Shown here: in pieces, positions 11,728 to 21,104 of the stretch
How the letters are laid out: each line of letters begins with the position of its first letter
Position numbering within the stretch: position 1 is the first letter of the stretch
Source of the DNA: Hyphomicrobiales bacterium
GTDB taxonomy: Bacteria; Pseudomonadota; Alphaproteobacteria; Rhizobiales; Beijerinckiaceae
Reading direction: 5' to 3'
NCBI GenBank assembly: GCA_947455645.1
Contig: CANGPA010000005.1
Span: 319-64,318 of the forward strand
Length of the DNA: 64,000 bases
The notes under the pieces: model-generated
Database searches by the model: none
Seen by the model: the letters and a program-made list of their open reading frames with translations, nothing else
What the model was told of the DNA's origin: nothing
Position numbers and translations under genes: made by a program

Positions 11728-11753
11728 GATCGCGCTTTAGACTTAAAGCGCGA
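11728..11753. terminator. bidirectional hairpin between convergent genes
   Basis: ATCGCGCTTTA-GACT-TAAAGCGCGAT forms a perfect 11-bp stem. The right arm overlaps the stop of the rhodanese gene. Confidence 0.6.
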
Positions 11754-12090
11754 TGCTACCGCCGCGCCGTTTCCATCCGCCAGTACCCGGCGCGTAATGC
11801 ACGGCATCCGCGCGTCCGGCACTATGAGTGGCCGCAAGCGCTTTTGCTGAGCGTCCGCCTGCCTGACAAATAAAGATCAAAGGTTTTCCCTGCGGCAGGT
11901 TTGATGGATCAAAGGCCGAGAGCGGATGATTGAGCGCGCCCGGTACATGGCCTGATTGATATTCTTGCGGCTCGCGCACGTCGACAATATGGCATTCACC
12001 CGATTCAACGGCTTTCTGCATATCCTCATGCTCAATCGCCGGGACACTTGATGAGCCCAAAAGGCGCGCGATCAGTGTTGCAAACGACAT
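11743..12090 (-). CDS. rhodanese-domain sulfurtransferase
   Basis: 115 aa with the active-site loop CQAGGRS. Confidence 0.8.
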   Translation of the reverse strand: MSFATLIARLLGSSSVPAIEHEDMQKAVESGECHIVDVREPQEYQSGHVPGALNHPLSAFDPSNLPQGKPLIFICQAGGRSAKALAATHSAGRADAVHYAPGTGGWKRRGGSIAL

Positions 12091-12265
12091 AACAAAGTTC
12101 CTTTTCGAAGATCAGGCCGCAGCCTTGTCCTTGCTAAATTGGGTAAAGGCCTCAAGCGCATGGATTGGATAGAGCGCAGATGGGCCAGCACTCCTATAAA
12201 CAGCGATGCCCAGTGTTGCGAGCGCGTCATCACACGTAAGGTTTCCGCCAAAACCAACCCTGTCT

Positions 12266-13759
12266 CTAAAGCCCGCGCATGCTGCGCTCGCCGCGATAGA
12301 GCGCGCGGAAACGGGCGAGCCTTTCTCCATAGATCGATGGTCCTTCGGAATTCGGCTGATAGCGCAATTTGACGCCGGGCTTGATGCAAATTTCAGCCTC
12401 GGTTCCCGCGCCCGATGCCAACATGCCAAGCCGAGCGGCTCCTTGTGCGCCGCCGGTTTCCGCGCCATCGGGAAGATCAAGCGGGAAGTTGATCACATCA
12501 GCGAGCATCTGCCCCCAGAAGCGCGACCGCGCACCGCCGCCCACGAGGAAGCAACTCTGAAGGCCCGCATGCGCATCCGCCAGCACATCGAAATCATCGG
12601 CAAAGCAAAAGGCCACGCCCTCCATCACCGCATAGGCCATGGCAACCGCGCCATGCTGCGCGCGAATACCCGCAAAAATGCCATTCGCTTCCGGATCATT
12701 ATGCGGCGTGCGTTCGCCTGTGAGATAGGGAACAAAAATCGGCGCGTGACGCCGTTGATCGGCATGGGCCGCAAAGGCTTCCACTTCCGCGATCAAGTCA
12801 CCCACTTTATCGCCACGCCCAATCGTTTCGGCAAACCATGACAAAGCAGAGGCCGCCGATAGCGTCACACCCATTACATGCCAGCGATTGGGCAAGGCAT
12901 GACACATGGCATTCAATGCTCGATGCGGTTTTGTCACCAACCGATCGGTGACCGCAAACAGCACGCCCGATGTGCCCATCGAGAGAATGCCTTCGCCGCC
13001 TTTCACCGCGCCAATGCCCACCGCTGCAGCGGCATTATCGCCGGCGCCTCCGGCAATCGTCACGCTCGACGGCTTCAACCCCCACTCACGGCAAAGCGTA
13101 TCGGAGAGCAGGGCCGCGGCCTCCGACCCCTCAACCAAACGCCCGACATAGGACCGATCAATTCCACCGGCGGCGAGCAGCGTGTCATCCCAGCGGCGAC
13201 CCGCAACATCGTGCCACAAAGTGCCACCCGCATCGGACATTTCCTGCACATACTCGCCGGACAAGCGGAAGCGGATGTAATCTTTCGGCAGAAGAATTTT
13301 TTTCGTCTTTGCAAAAATTTCGGGCTCGTGGCGTTTCACCCACATAATTTTTGGCGCGGTAAAGCCGACCATCGCGATGTTTGAGGCGCGCTCAACGAAA
13401 TCGGGCAGGCTCGCTTGCAGTTCTTCCGCCTCGCGCCCACAGCGGCCGTCATTCCACAAAATTGCAGGGCGCAAGACACGACCTGCTTCATCCAGCAACA
13501 CTGCGCCATGTTGTTGACCGGACAATCCGATGCCGTGGAGCCGGGTAAAAGCCTCGGGCGCCTCCGCACGCAAATGGGCAACCGCTTTCAAACAGGCCTG
13601 CCACCATTCCTCCGGATCTTGTTCGGACCAGAGCGGGTGAGGCCTTGAGATCGAGACCGGGATATTGGCTTCGGCAATGATTTTTTGCGCCGCATCGACA
13701 AGAAGCGCTTTGATCGACGACGTGCCAATGTCAAAGCCGAGATATGTGCGATCGCTCAT
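12266..13759 (-). CDS. xylB: xylulokinase (FGGY family)
   Basis: MSDRTYLGFDIGTSSIKALLVD... is a FGGY N-terminus, and the length is XylB-like. The ATG at 13759 is preceded by GGGAGGA (ORF track start 13795). Confidence 0.85.
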   Translation of the reverse strand: MSDRTYLGFDIGTSSIKALLVDAAQKIIAEANIPVSISRPHPLWSEQDPEEWWQACLKAVAHLRAEAPEAFTRLHGIGLSGQQHGAVLLDEAGRVLRPAILWNDGRCGREAEELQASLPDFVERASNIAMVGFTAPKIMWVKRHEPEIFAKTKKILLPKDYIRFRLSGEYVQEMSDAGGTLWHDVAGRRWDDTLLAAGGIDRSYVGRLVEGSEAAALLSDTLCREWGLKPSSVTIAGGAGDNAAAAVGIGAVKGGEGILSMGTSGVLFAVTDRLVTKPHRALNAMCHALPNRWHVMGVTLSAASALSWFAETIGRGDKVGDLIAEVEAFAAHADQRRHAPIFVPYLTGERTPHNDPEANGIFAGIRAQHGAVAMAYAVMEGVAFCFADDFDVLADAHAGLQSCFLVGGGARSRFWGQMLADVINFPLDLPDGAETGGAQGAARLGMLASGAGTEAEICIKPGVKLRYQPNSEGPSIYGERLARFRALYRGERSMRGL

Positions 13760-13834
13760 GTCGTCCTCCCAAACCCGTTTGCACCTTTGTGCCAAAACCG
13801 GAGAACGACCTCAAGCGCGCAGGCGCTTCATCGC

Positions 13835-13997
13835 AAAATGCTCGCATTTATGATTTGACGCATTTTGTGTCCAAAATGCTCGCGTTTATGGTTTGACGCA
13901 TTTTGTATCCAAAATGCTCGCGTTTATCTTTTGACGCATTTTGTATCCAAAATGCTCGCGTTTATCTTTTGACGCATTTTGTATCCAAAATGCTTTA
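13835..13997. repeat. 38-bp tandem repeat, 4 full copies plus a truncated fifth
   Basis: Units start at 13835, 13873, 13911, 13949 and 13987. Copies 3 and 4 are identical. Each junction forms GCATTTTG-N4-CAAAATGC. Confidence 0.95.
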
Positions 13998-14525
13998 GTA
14001 CGTTACGCTGCCGAATTTGCGATCCCAAGTGGCGACCAGCGCCTTGGCCTTTTCGACATCGGCAGGGCTCATCGACGTGACAATTTTAGCGCGCGTTTCG
14101 CTCGCCAATGTGCGCCGTTCACTTTGCCACGAGGCGAGGCGTAAAACGGACAGGCTCAGCCATTGATAGGCCGAGATCGGGTCGGGATCAGTTCCGATGC
14201 CCGTGGCGTAACACATGCCAAGCGCGAATTGGCCTTCGGGAGAGCCGTTTTCAGCGGCCTTTTTGTACCATTTCAGCGCTTTTGGTTCGTCCTTCTTGAC
14301 GCCCTGCCCGAGCCGATACATTTCGCCCAACATATATTGAGCCGTGGGATCACCCTCATCCGCCATCGGCGCCAGCGTCGTCATCGCCGTCTTGAAATCA
14401 CCTTGACTGTAGGACGTAACGCCGTCCGACAGGGTCTTGGTCATAAAGGGAATGACCAGCATCACGCCGAAAATGGCGAGAAATACGGCGGTGACAATGG
14501 CAATCGTCCAACGGGTGGTATTCAT
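13995..14525 (-). CDS. Sel1-repeat (TPR-like) protein with N-terminal membrane anchor
   Basis: Repeats of the type AQYMLGEMYRLGQGVKKDEPKALKWYKKAAENGSPEGQFALGMCY, with the hydrophobic N-terminus WTIAIVTAVFLAIFGVMLVIPF. The ATG at 14525 is preferred over the TTG at 14573. Confidence 0.8.
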   Translation of the reverse strand: MNTTRWTIAIVTAVFLAIFGVMLVIPFMTKTLSDGVTSYSQGDFKTAMTTLAPMADEGDPTAQYMLGEMYRLGQGVKKDEPKALKWYKKAAENGSPEGQFALGMCYATGIGTDPDPISAYQWLSLSVLRLASWQSERRTLASETRAKIVTSMSPADVEKAKALVATWDRKFGSVTY

Positions 14526-14653
14526 CGGAGTAACAAGCCCCTTAAACAACTCTCGATTGTATTCTGTAGGCAATTTCCATGCCTCGCGCCAGCAGATCTG
14601 CTGGGGCTGCGTTCAGGCTTCTGTTTGTCATCAAACTGTCATAGAGGGGGTGG

Positions 14654-15526
14654 GTGTGTGGCCGGTTCAGGGAGGGCGGGTCTTTGGAGATCCATGTTTT
14701 TGCCGCCGTCCTGTTGGGCGCCATGCTGCATGCGGGCTGGAACACACTCGTCAAAGCAAGTTCAGACAAGCTGATCTCGACAAGCCTCGTGGCCGCGGGC
14801 GGCGGCGTCATCGCCTTGCCCCTGATCTTCATTGCGCCTTTGCCCGATCTCGCGGCGACGCCTTATCTCATCGCTTCCGCCATCATCCATGTGGGGTATT
14901 TTACGGCGATCGTGCTTCTGTACCGCAACGCGGATTTGTCGGTGGCCTATCCGGTCACACGCGGCTCAGCCCCTTTGCTTGCGACGCTTTTGGCCGCTGT
15001 CACTTTGGGCGAAATTCCCACCGGCCTCGCGCTTGGCGGCGCGCTGTCTTTGAGTTTCGGCATTTTGTGGCTGGCAACCGACGGGATCCGCAAAGGCGGG
15101 CTTGATCGCACAACCTTGATCGTCGCGCTTGTGAATGCCGGCATCATTGCGCTTTACACGCTGGTCGACGGGATTGGCGGGCGGCTGTCAGGTCATTCGG
15201 TGAGCTACAATATCTGGCTCGAATTTCTCGACGGTGTGTTGTTTCTTCCCGCCGCTTTGTGGCTGCGCGGCAAGCCACTGGCCCGCGCCCTTGTCACGCA
15301 ATGGAAGACAGGCCTTCTCGGCGGCGGGGCCGCTTTCGCCTCTTATGGGATTGCGATTTGGGCCATGTCGCAAGCGCCGATTGGCCATGTCGCGGCGGTG
15401 CGTGAATCATCGGTGTTTTTCGCAACCGTTTTTGGCGCCGTGCTGCTCAAGGAAAAATTCGGCCGCTCCCGCTATATCGCCGCTGCCTTTGTCGCCTTGG
15501 GCCTTGCCGCGCTCAGATTTGGGTGA
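14654..15526 (+). CDS. EamA/DMT-family transporter
   Basis: 290 aa, about 10 hydrophobic helices, with a VFAAVLLGAMLHAGWNTLVK type N-terminus. GTG start; the TTG at 14684 is an alternative. Confidence 0.8.
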   Translation: MCGRFREGGSLEIHVFAAVLLGAMLHAGWNTLVKASSDKLISTSLVAAGGGVIALPLIFIAPLPDLAATPYLIASAIIHVGYFTAIVLLYRNADLSVAYPVTRGSAPLLATLLAAVTLGEIPTGLALGGALSLSFGILWLATDGIRKGGLDRTTLIVALVNAGIIALYTLVDGIGGRLSGHSVSYNIWLEFLDGVLFLPAALWLRGKPLARALVTQWKTGLLGGGAAFASYGIAIWAMSQAPIGHVAAVRESSVFFATVFGAVLLKEKFGRSRYIAAAFVALGLAALRFG

Positions 15527-16564
15527 TCACGCAAAAGGTGTCCAAAGAACTTGGTCGATATGGGGCGCATGGGTTGCCAGCATCACCAAGCGATCAAACC
15601 CTAACGCAATGCCCGATGTCAGCGGCATGAGGGCGAGGGCTTGCAGCAAAGCCTCATCAATCGGGTAACGCACGCCATAAAGGCGATGTTTCAAATCCAT
15701 ATCCGCTTCAAAGCGGTGTCGTTGTTCCACCGGATCGGTGAGCTCTCCGAATGCATTGGCGAGCTCGACGCCACACGCAAAAAGTTCGAACCGCTCCGCG
15801 ACGCGGGGATCAGACGGTTTGGGGCGCGCAAGTGCCGCCTCGGCCACCGGATAGTCGCACAAGATCGTCGGGCGGCCGATGCCGAGATGGGGATCGATTT
15901 TTTCGACCATGACGCGGGTGAACAAATCCGCCCAGGAATCATCGGGCGCCATGCGGATCTTCGCGCGCTCAACGGCCCGCGCCAGCGCCGTGCGGTCCGG
16001 CGTGCCATCGGGCGTGGTGGCCATGAGATCAATACCGGCAAAGCGCTCAAAGGCCTCGGCCACTGTGAGCCGCTCGGGTTCGGCAAAGGGATCGCAAATC
16101 TGTCCCCGAAAGGCGAAATGATCGACCCCGGCGCTGCGCGCGGCGATTTGCATCAAAGCCGCGCAATCCGCCATCAGCGCCTCATAGGGCTCATGCGCCC
16201 GATACCATTCAAGCATCGTGAATTCCGGCGCGTGGAGCGCGCTCCGCTCACGGCCGCGAAACACACGGGCAAAGTCGAAAATCCGCGTTTCTCCCGCCGC
16301 AATGAGCTTTTTCATCGCAAACTCGGGCGAGGTATGGAGATAGCGGGTCTCGACCCCGCCTTCGGGCGTGCCGATCCGCGCCTCAAGGGCATGGAGATGG
16401 GTTTCATTGCCCGGCGAGCGCTGGATCTGCCCACATTCGACCTCGAGAAAGCCTTCGGCGGCAAAATGGGCCCGCACTGCGGCCGTGATCCGCCCGCGCG
16501 CCAGAAGCGCCGGTCGCCGGTCGCTATGGCGGTCGGGCCGCCACCAGTCTTGGTCGTTTGTCAT
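15527..16564 (-). CDS. epmA: EF-P lysine aminoacylase (EpmA/GenX/PoxA)
   Basis: Truncated class II LysRS-like protein of 345 aa with ELANAFGELTDPVEQRHRF and GIALGFDRLVML. It is divergent from efp. Confidence 0.85.
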   Translation of the reverse strand: MTNDQDWWRPDRHSDRRPALLARGRITAAVRAHFAAEGFLEVECGQIQRSPGNETHLHALEARIGTPEGGVETRYLHTSPEFAMKKLIAAGETRIFDFARVFRGRERSALHAPEFTMLEWYRAHEPYEALMADCAALMQIAARSAGVDHFAFRGQICDPFAEPERLTVAEAFERFAGIDLMATTPDGTPDRTALARAVERAKIRMAPDDSWADLFTRVMVEKIDPHLGIGRPTILCDYPVAEAALARPKPSDPRVAERFELFACGVELANAFGELTDPVEQRHRFEADMDLKHRLYGVRYPIDEALLQALALMPLTSGIALGFDRLVMLATHAPHIDQVLWTPFA

Positions 16565-16714
16565 TCAGTTCCGGATCTTTGCATCAAGTCGGGGGTTGTT
16601 GGATCGGGTCTCGCGTCTTTTCATCGGGTCTAGCGCATCGGCGCCAAGTGTGAGACAAGCGCGGCCATTCCGGTTTCCGGGCGCCGCTGCGCCCCTTCAT
16701 ACAGGGTTTTATCC

Positions 16715-17281
16715 GTGCAAGTCATCGCCAGTTCGATCCGCAAGGGCAATATCATCGAAAAAGACAACCAGCTTTATGTTGTTCTGACCGCTGAAAACAT
16801 CCATCCCGGCAAGGGCACGCCTGTGACCCAGCTCGCCATGCGCCGCATTTCGGACGGGGTGAAGATCGCCGAGCGCTATCGCACAACCGAAAACGTCGAA
16901 CGCGCTTTCGTCGAAGACCGCGATTTCAATTTCCTGTACAAGGATGCCGACGGCTTCAACTTCATGAACAATGAGACCTTCGAACAGGTTCCGGTGTCCG
17001 AAGATGTGATCGGCGATCAAGCGGTCTATCTGCAAGAAAACATGACTTGCGTCTTGTCGATGTATGAAGGCCGTTGCGTGGCCATTCAATTGCCCGCGCG
17101 CGTGACGCTTGAAATCATCGAGACCGAGCCGACGGTGAAGGGCCAGACCGCATCTTCATCCTATAAGCCCGCTATTCTCTCGAATGGCGCCCGCACGATG
17201 GTGCCTCCGCATATTGCGCCGGGCACCCGCGTCGTGATCATGACGGAAGATGGCTCTTACGTCGAACGCGCCAAGGATTGA
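16715..17281 (+). CDS. efp: elongation factor P
   Basis: (GTG)[38 protein letters not shown], 188 aa, with Lys in the PGKG loop. Confidence 0.95.
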   Translation: MQVIASSIRKGNIIEKDNQLYVVLTAENIHPGKGTPVTQLAMRRISDGVKIAERYRTTENVERAFVEDRDFNFLYKDADGFNFMNNETFEQVPVSEDVIGDQAVYLQENMTCVLSMYEGRCVAIQLPARVTLEIIETEPTVKGQTASSSYKPAILSNGARTMVPPHIAPGTRVVIMTEDGSYVERAKD

Positions 17282-17298
17282 GAACCGACCGGAGTTGA

Positions 17299-17592
17299 AT
17301 GATGCGCGCTCTTCTTGATGTCATTCTGATTGCGCTTGATCTTTATAGCTGGGCCGTCATTCTCTCTGCCGCAGCGAGCTGGTTGATCGCCTTCAATGTT
17401 GTGAATATGCGCAACAATGCTGTGCGCGCGATCGCGATGGGTTTGTATCAAATCACCGAACCAGCGCTGCGTCCGATCCGTCGTGTCCTGCCCAGTCTCG
17501 GCACGATGGATATTTCACCGATCATTCTTCTTTTGCTGATCATGCTGATTGAGCGCGTGATCCGGATGTATATTTATCCCAACGTCTTTTGA
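17299..17592 (+). CDS. YggT-family membrane protein
   Basis: 97 aa with two hydrophobic segments and a YggT-like pattern. Confidence 0.75.
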   Translation: MMRALLDVILIALDLYSWAVILSAAASWLIAFNVVNMRNNAVRAIAMGLYQITEPALRPIRRVLPSLGTMDISPIILLLLIMLIERVIRMYIYPNVF

Positions 17593-17909
17593 TGACGCAG
17601 ACACCTTGGCGCGCAACCGATGACGGACTTTTACTGACCGTTCGTCTGACGCCCAAAGGGAGACGTGACGCGCTGGAAGGGATTGAAACGCTCGCCGATG
17701 GCAAAGCCGTTTTGAAAGCGCGCGTGCGCACAGTTCCCGAAGACGGCAAAGCCAATGCGGCGCTGATCAAGCTCGTTGCAGAAACGCTCGCCTGTCCGAT
17801 ATCAATGATTGCCATCGCCGCCGGCGCGACATCACGCATCAAGACGCTTCGGATCAAGGGCAATCCTCAACACCTCATGCTCAAGCTCGAAGAAAGCGTC
17901 GCACCATGA
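17592..17909 (+). CDS. DUF167 (YggU) family protein
   Basis: LKARVRTVPEDGKANAALIKLVAETL is the DUF167 signature. The ATG at 17592 overlaps the yggT TGA (TGATG). Confidence 0.8.
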   Translation: MTQTPWRATDDGLLLTVRLTPKGRRDALEGIETLADGKAVLKARVRTVPEDGKANAALIKLVAETLACPISMIAIAAGATSRIKTLRIKGNPQHLMLKLEESVAP

Positions 17910-18328
17910 TCCGCCTTGCGCCCGGTGCTTGCCTTGAAGAGAGCGAATTGATTGAAAATTTTGTTCGCGCCTCGGGGCCGGGCGGGCAGAATGTCAACAA
18001 GCTCGCAACCGCGGTCGAATTACGCTTCGATGTGTTGAACGCCCCCGGGCTTGATGCCGATATTAAGGAACGCCTCGCCAAGCTCGCCGGACGACGCCTC
18101 ACGCTTGAGGGCGTGATTGTTCTGTTTGCGCAAAAACACCGCACGCAGGAGATGAACCGGGCGGATGCGCGCGAGCGGTTGTTTGAACTCATCTGGCAGG
18201 CCGCCAAGCGTCCGATCATCCGCCGTGCGACCCGCCCCACCCTCGCCTCCAAGAAAAGACGGGTCGAATCCAAGGTCAGACGCGGCGGAATCAAAGGCCT
18301 GCGCGGGCGCCCGCAATCGGATGAATGA
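17906..18328 (+). CDS. arfB: alternative ribosome-rescue factor ArfB (peptidyl-tRNA hydrolase)
   Basis: 140 aa with the GGQ motif in ASGPGGQNVNK and a basic C-terminal tail. There is an ATGA overlap with the DUF167 gene. Confidence 0.9.
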   Translation: MIRLAPGACLEESELIENFVRASGPGGQNVNKLATAVELRFDVLNAPGLDADIKERLAKLAGRRLTLEGVIVLFAQKHRTQEMNRADARERLFELIWQAAKRPIIRRATRPTLASKKRRVESKVRRGGIKGLRGRPQSDE

Positions 18329-18479
18329 GTGACACGCAAAATTAAGCCTGCGACATTAACACCCTAAGACCATGGTCGTGGTTTATGCCGCATTGCGGCA
18401 AAGCCCCTTTCTGGCTAAAAACACTTCCGACTCCGTGCCGCTTAACGGCATTTTAAGAAGAAAAACGAAGGTTCACGAG

Positions 18480-18866
18480 ATGGCAGCTCCCCGGACTCGT
18501 CCGCTTTCACCCCATTTGTCGATTTATAAGCCGACCATCACGATGATGATGTCGATCTTTCATCGCCTCACCGGCGCGGCGCTTTATGTCGGCACGGTGC
18601 TCCTTGCGCTCTGGCTTGTAACGGCGGCGACCCATCCAGAGGCCTTTGCGACGGTGCAATGGTTTTGGGGCTCGATCCTCGGCCGGGTGATCCTGCTCGG
18701 TTACACATGGGCGCTGGTTCATCACGCGCTGGGCGGCTTGCGCCACTTCATCTGGGATATGGGCGCGGGCCTTGGGCCTGAACGGATGATGCTTTCCCGC
18801 CTGACGCTGATCGGTTCGCTCGCGATCACGCTCGGCCTTTGGATCCTCGGTTATTGGGTGCGCTAA
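18480..18866 (+). CDS. sdhC: succinate dehydrogenase cytochrome b556 subunit
   Basis: MAAPRTRPLSPHLSIYKPTITMMMSIFHR. It is first in the sdhCDAB order. The start was moved from 18372 to the ATG at 18480. Confidence 0.9.
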   Translation: MAAPRTRPLSPHLSIYKPTITMMMSIFHRLTGAALYVGTVLLALWLVTAATHPEAFATVQWFWGSILGRVILLGYTWALVHHALGGLRHFIWDMGAGLGPERMMLSRLTLIGSLAITLGLWILGYWVR

Positions 18867-18870
18867 GATC

Positions 18871-19263
18871 ATGACATCCACCTCTTCCATGAAGACCCCT
18901 CTGAAAAGCGTGCGCGGCCTCGGCTCGGCCAAATCCGGCACGGAGCATTTCTGGCTGCAACGTCTGACCGCTTTGGCCAATGTGCCCCTGACCATAGGCT
19001 TTCTCTGCGTGGTCTATGCCGCGCTCGGCAAAGACGCCGCCGGTGCGCGGGCGGTGCTCGCACGGCCCTTCGATGCGTTTATTGTCGCGCTCTTCGTGAT
19101 TTCCGGTGCGATCCATATGCGGCTCGGCATGCAAGTGATCATCGAAGACTATGTGCATGGCGAAGGCCGCAAACTCGCACTGCTCGCGCTCAATACGCTG
19201 TTCTCTTTTGGCATCGCCGCAGCTTGCGTGTTTGCCGTTCTCAAATTGACCTTTGGAGCTTGA
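18871..19263 (+). CDS. sdhD: succinate dehydrogenase membrane anchor subunit
   Basis: 130 aa hydrophobic protein between sdhC and sdhA. Confidence 0.9.
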   Translation: MTSTSSMKTPLKSVRGLGSAKSGTEHFWLQRLTALANVPLTIGFLCVVYAALGKDAAGARAVLARPFDAFIVALFVISGAIHMRLGMQVIIEDYVHGEGRKLALLALNTLFSFGIAAACVFAVLKLTFGA

Positions 19264-21083
19264 TGATGGCGACTGCGTCTCCGCAACAGAACGGCAAGGC
19301 CTATCCAATCACCGATCATTCCTTCGACGTCGTTGTTGTCGGCGCGGGGGGCGCGGGTTTGCGCGCGACGGTCGGATGCGCACAAGCGGGTCTGCGCACG
19401 GCCTGCATCACGAAAGTATTCCCGACGCGCTCGCATACGGTTGCCGCGCAAGGCGGTATTTCGGCGTCGCTCGGCAATATGGGGCCGGATGATTGGCGCT
19501 GGCACATGTATGACACGGTCAAGGGCTCCGACTGGCTCGGCGATCAAGATGCGATCGAATATCTGTGCCGCAACGCGCCGGAAGCGGTTTACGAGCTTGA
19601 ACATTGGGGCGTGCCCTTCTCGCGCACCGAAGAAGGCAAAATCTATCAGCGTCCGTTCGGCGGTATGACGACCGAATTCGGCAAGGGCATTGCGCAACGT
19701 ACATGCGCGGCCGCTGACCGCACAGGCCATGCGATATTGCACACGCTTTATGGACAGGCGTTGCGCTCGAACACCGAATTCTTCATCGAATATTTTGCGC
19801 TTGATCTCATCATGGATGAGGAAGGCCGGTGCCGTGGTGTGATCGCGCTTAAAATGGATGATGGCACGATCCATCGTTTCCGCGCGAATGAAACCATTCT
19901 CGCAACGGGCGGCTATGGTCGCGCTTATTTCTCGGCAACCTCCGCGCATACATGCACGGGTGACGGTAATGCGATGGTGCTGCGCGCAGGTCTTCCGCTG
20001 CAGGATATGGAATTCGTGCAATTTCACCCCACCGGCATTTATGGCGCCGGCTGTTTGATTACCGAAGGCGCGCGCGGCGAAGGCGGCTATCTGACCAATT
20101 CCGAAGGGGAGCGCTTTATGGAGCGTTATGCGCCTTCCGCCAAAGATCTCGCCTCACGCGATGTTGTATCCCGCGCGATGACGATGGAAATTCGCGATGG
20201 TCGCGGAGTGGGTAAAGGCAAGGATCACATCTATCTGCATCTTGATCATCTTGATCCGAAAATTTTGCATGAACGTCTGCCGGGCATCTCAGAAAGCGCC
20301 AAAATTTTTGCGGGCGTCGATGTAACGAAGGAACCGATTCCGGTTCTGCCGACCGTGCACTATAATATGGGCGGCATTCCGACGAATTATCACGGCGAAG
20401 TGCTCACCAAGAAAAACGGCAATGCCGATACAATCGTTCCCGGTTTGATGGCAATTGGTGAAGCGGCCTGCGTGTCGGTGCATGGCGCCAATCGTTTGGG
20501 TTCAAACTCGCTGATCGATCTTGTCGTGTTTGGTCGCGCGGCAGGCCAACGCGCCGCAGAGCTTGTGACACCGGGTGAAAAGCAAGCCGAATTGCCAAAG
20601 GACTCGGCCGATCAAGCGCTTGCGCGGCTTGATCATTTCCGCCATGCGGCGGGCTCAACAACAACCGCTGAATTGCGCTTGCGGATGCAGAAAACAATGC
20701 AGACCAATTGCGCGGTCTATCGCACGGGTGATGTATTATCCGAGGGCCAGAAACTCATTCACGATGTGTGGCGTTCGGCCGCTGACATCAAAGTGACGGA
20801 TCGTTCGCTCATCTGGAATACTGACCTCCTTGAGACGCTTGAATTCGACAATCTCATTGTGCAAGCGGTGACCACGATGGATTCAGCCGCCAATCGGCAG
20901 GAAAGTCGCGGCGCCCACGCGCGCGAGGATTTCCCGAACCGCGACGACAAGGAATGGATGAAACACACGTTGAGCTTCATCGATTCTGCTAAGCAAGAAA
21001 CCATCATCGATTATCGTCCGGTGCACACTTATACGATGTCGAACGACATTGAATATATCGCGCCGAAAGCGCGTGTGTATTGA
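19263..21083 (+). CDS. sdhA: succinate dehydrogenase flavoprotein subunit
   Basis: [18 protein letters not shown] fold, with the covalent-FAD His region [11 protein letters not shown]. The ATG overlaps the sdhD TGA. Confidence 0.97.
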   Translation: MMATASPQQNGKAYPITDHSFDVVVVGAGGAGLRATVGCAQAGLRTACITKVFPTRSHTVAAQGGISASLGNMGPDDWRWHMYDTVKGSDWLGDQDAIEYLCRNAPEAVYELEHWGVPFSRTEEGKIYQRPFGGMTTEFGKGIAQRTCAAADRTGHAILHTLYGQALRSNTEFFIEYFALDLIMDEEGRCRGVIALKMDDGTIHRFRANETILATGGYGRAYFSATSAHTCTGDGNAMVLRAGLPLQDMEFVQFHPTGIYGAGCLITEGARGEGGYLTNSEGERFMERYAPSAKDLASRDVVSRAMTMEIRDGRGVGKGKDHIYLHLDHLDPKILHERLPGISESAKIFAGVDVTKEPIPVLPTVHYNMGGIPTNYHGEVLTKKNGNADTIVPGLMAIGEAACVSVHGANRLGSNSLIDLVVFGRAAGQRAAELVTPGEKQAELPKDSADQALARLDHFRHAAGSTTTAELRLRMQKTMQTNCAVYRTGDVLSEGQKLIHDVWRSAADIKVTDRSLIWNTDLLETLEFDNLIVQAVTTMDSAANRQESRGAHAREDFPNRDDKEWMKHTLSFIDSAKQETIIDYRPVHTYTMSNDIEYIAPKARVY

Positions 21084-21104
21084 GACGAAGCGGAGGATTG
21101 AACC

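Noticed and set aside
9616-11753. The tRNA-Ser islet as an intact integrative or mobile element.
   Set aside because: I found no integrase, excisionase or transposase, and no direct repeat of the tRNA 3' end by eye. It is reported only as a decayed or minimal islet.
12091-12265. The tail of ORF 12112..12480(-), ending ...LGIAVYRSAGPSALYPIHALEAFTQFSKDKAAA, as a small gene or gene remnant between xylB and the rhodanese gene.
   Set aside because: Only about 50 codons lie outside xylB. There is no start codon with an RBS and no recognisable motif, so it cannot be supported from sequence alone.
13835-13997. The 38-bp repeat array as a CRISPR array.
   Set aside because: The units are directly contiguous with no unique spacers. 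There are only about 4 copies, and no cas genes or leader are present in the window.
14589-14604. A perfect 16-bp palindrome, CCAGCAGATCTGCTGG, in the Sel1/EamA divergent spacer as an operator.
   Set aside because: About one perfect 16-bp palindrome is expected by chance in 64 kb (64000 x 4^-8). No adjacent regulator gene and no second copy were seen.
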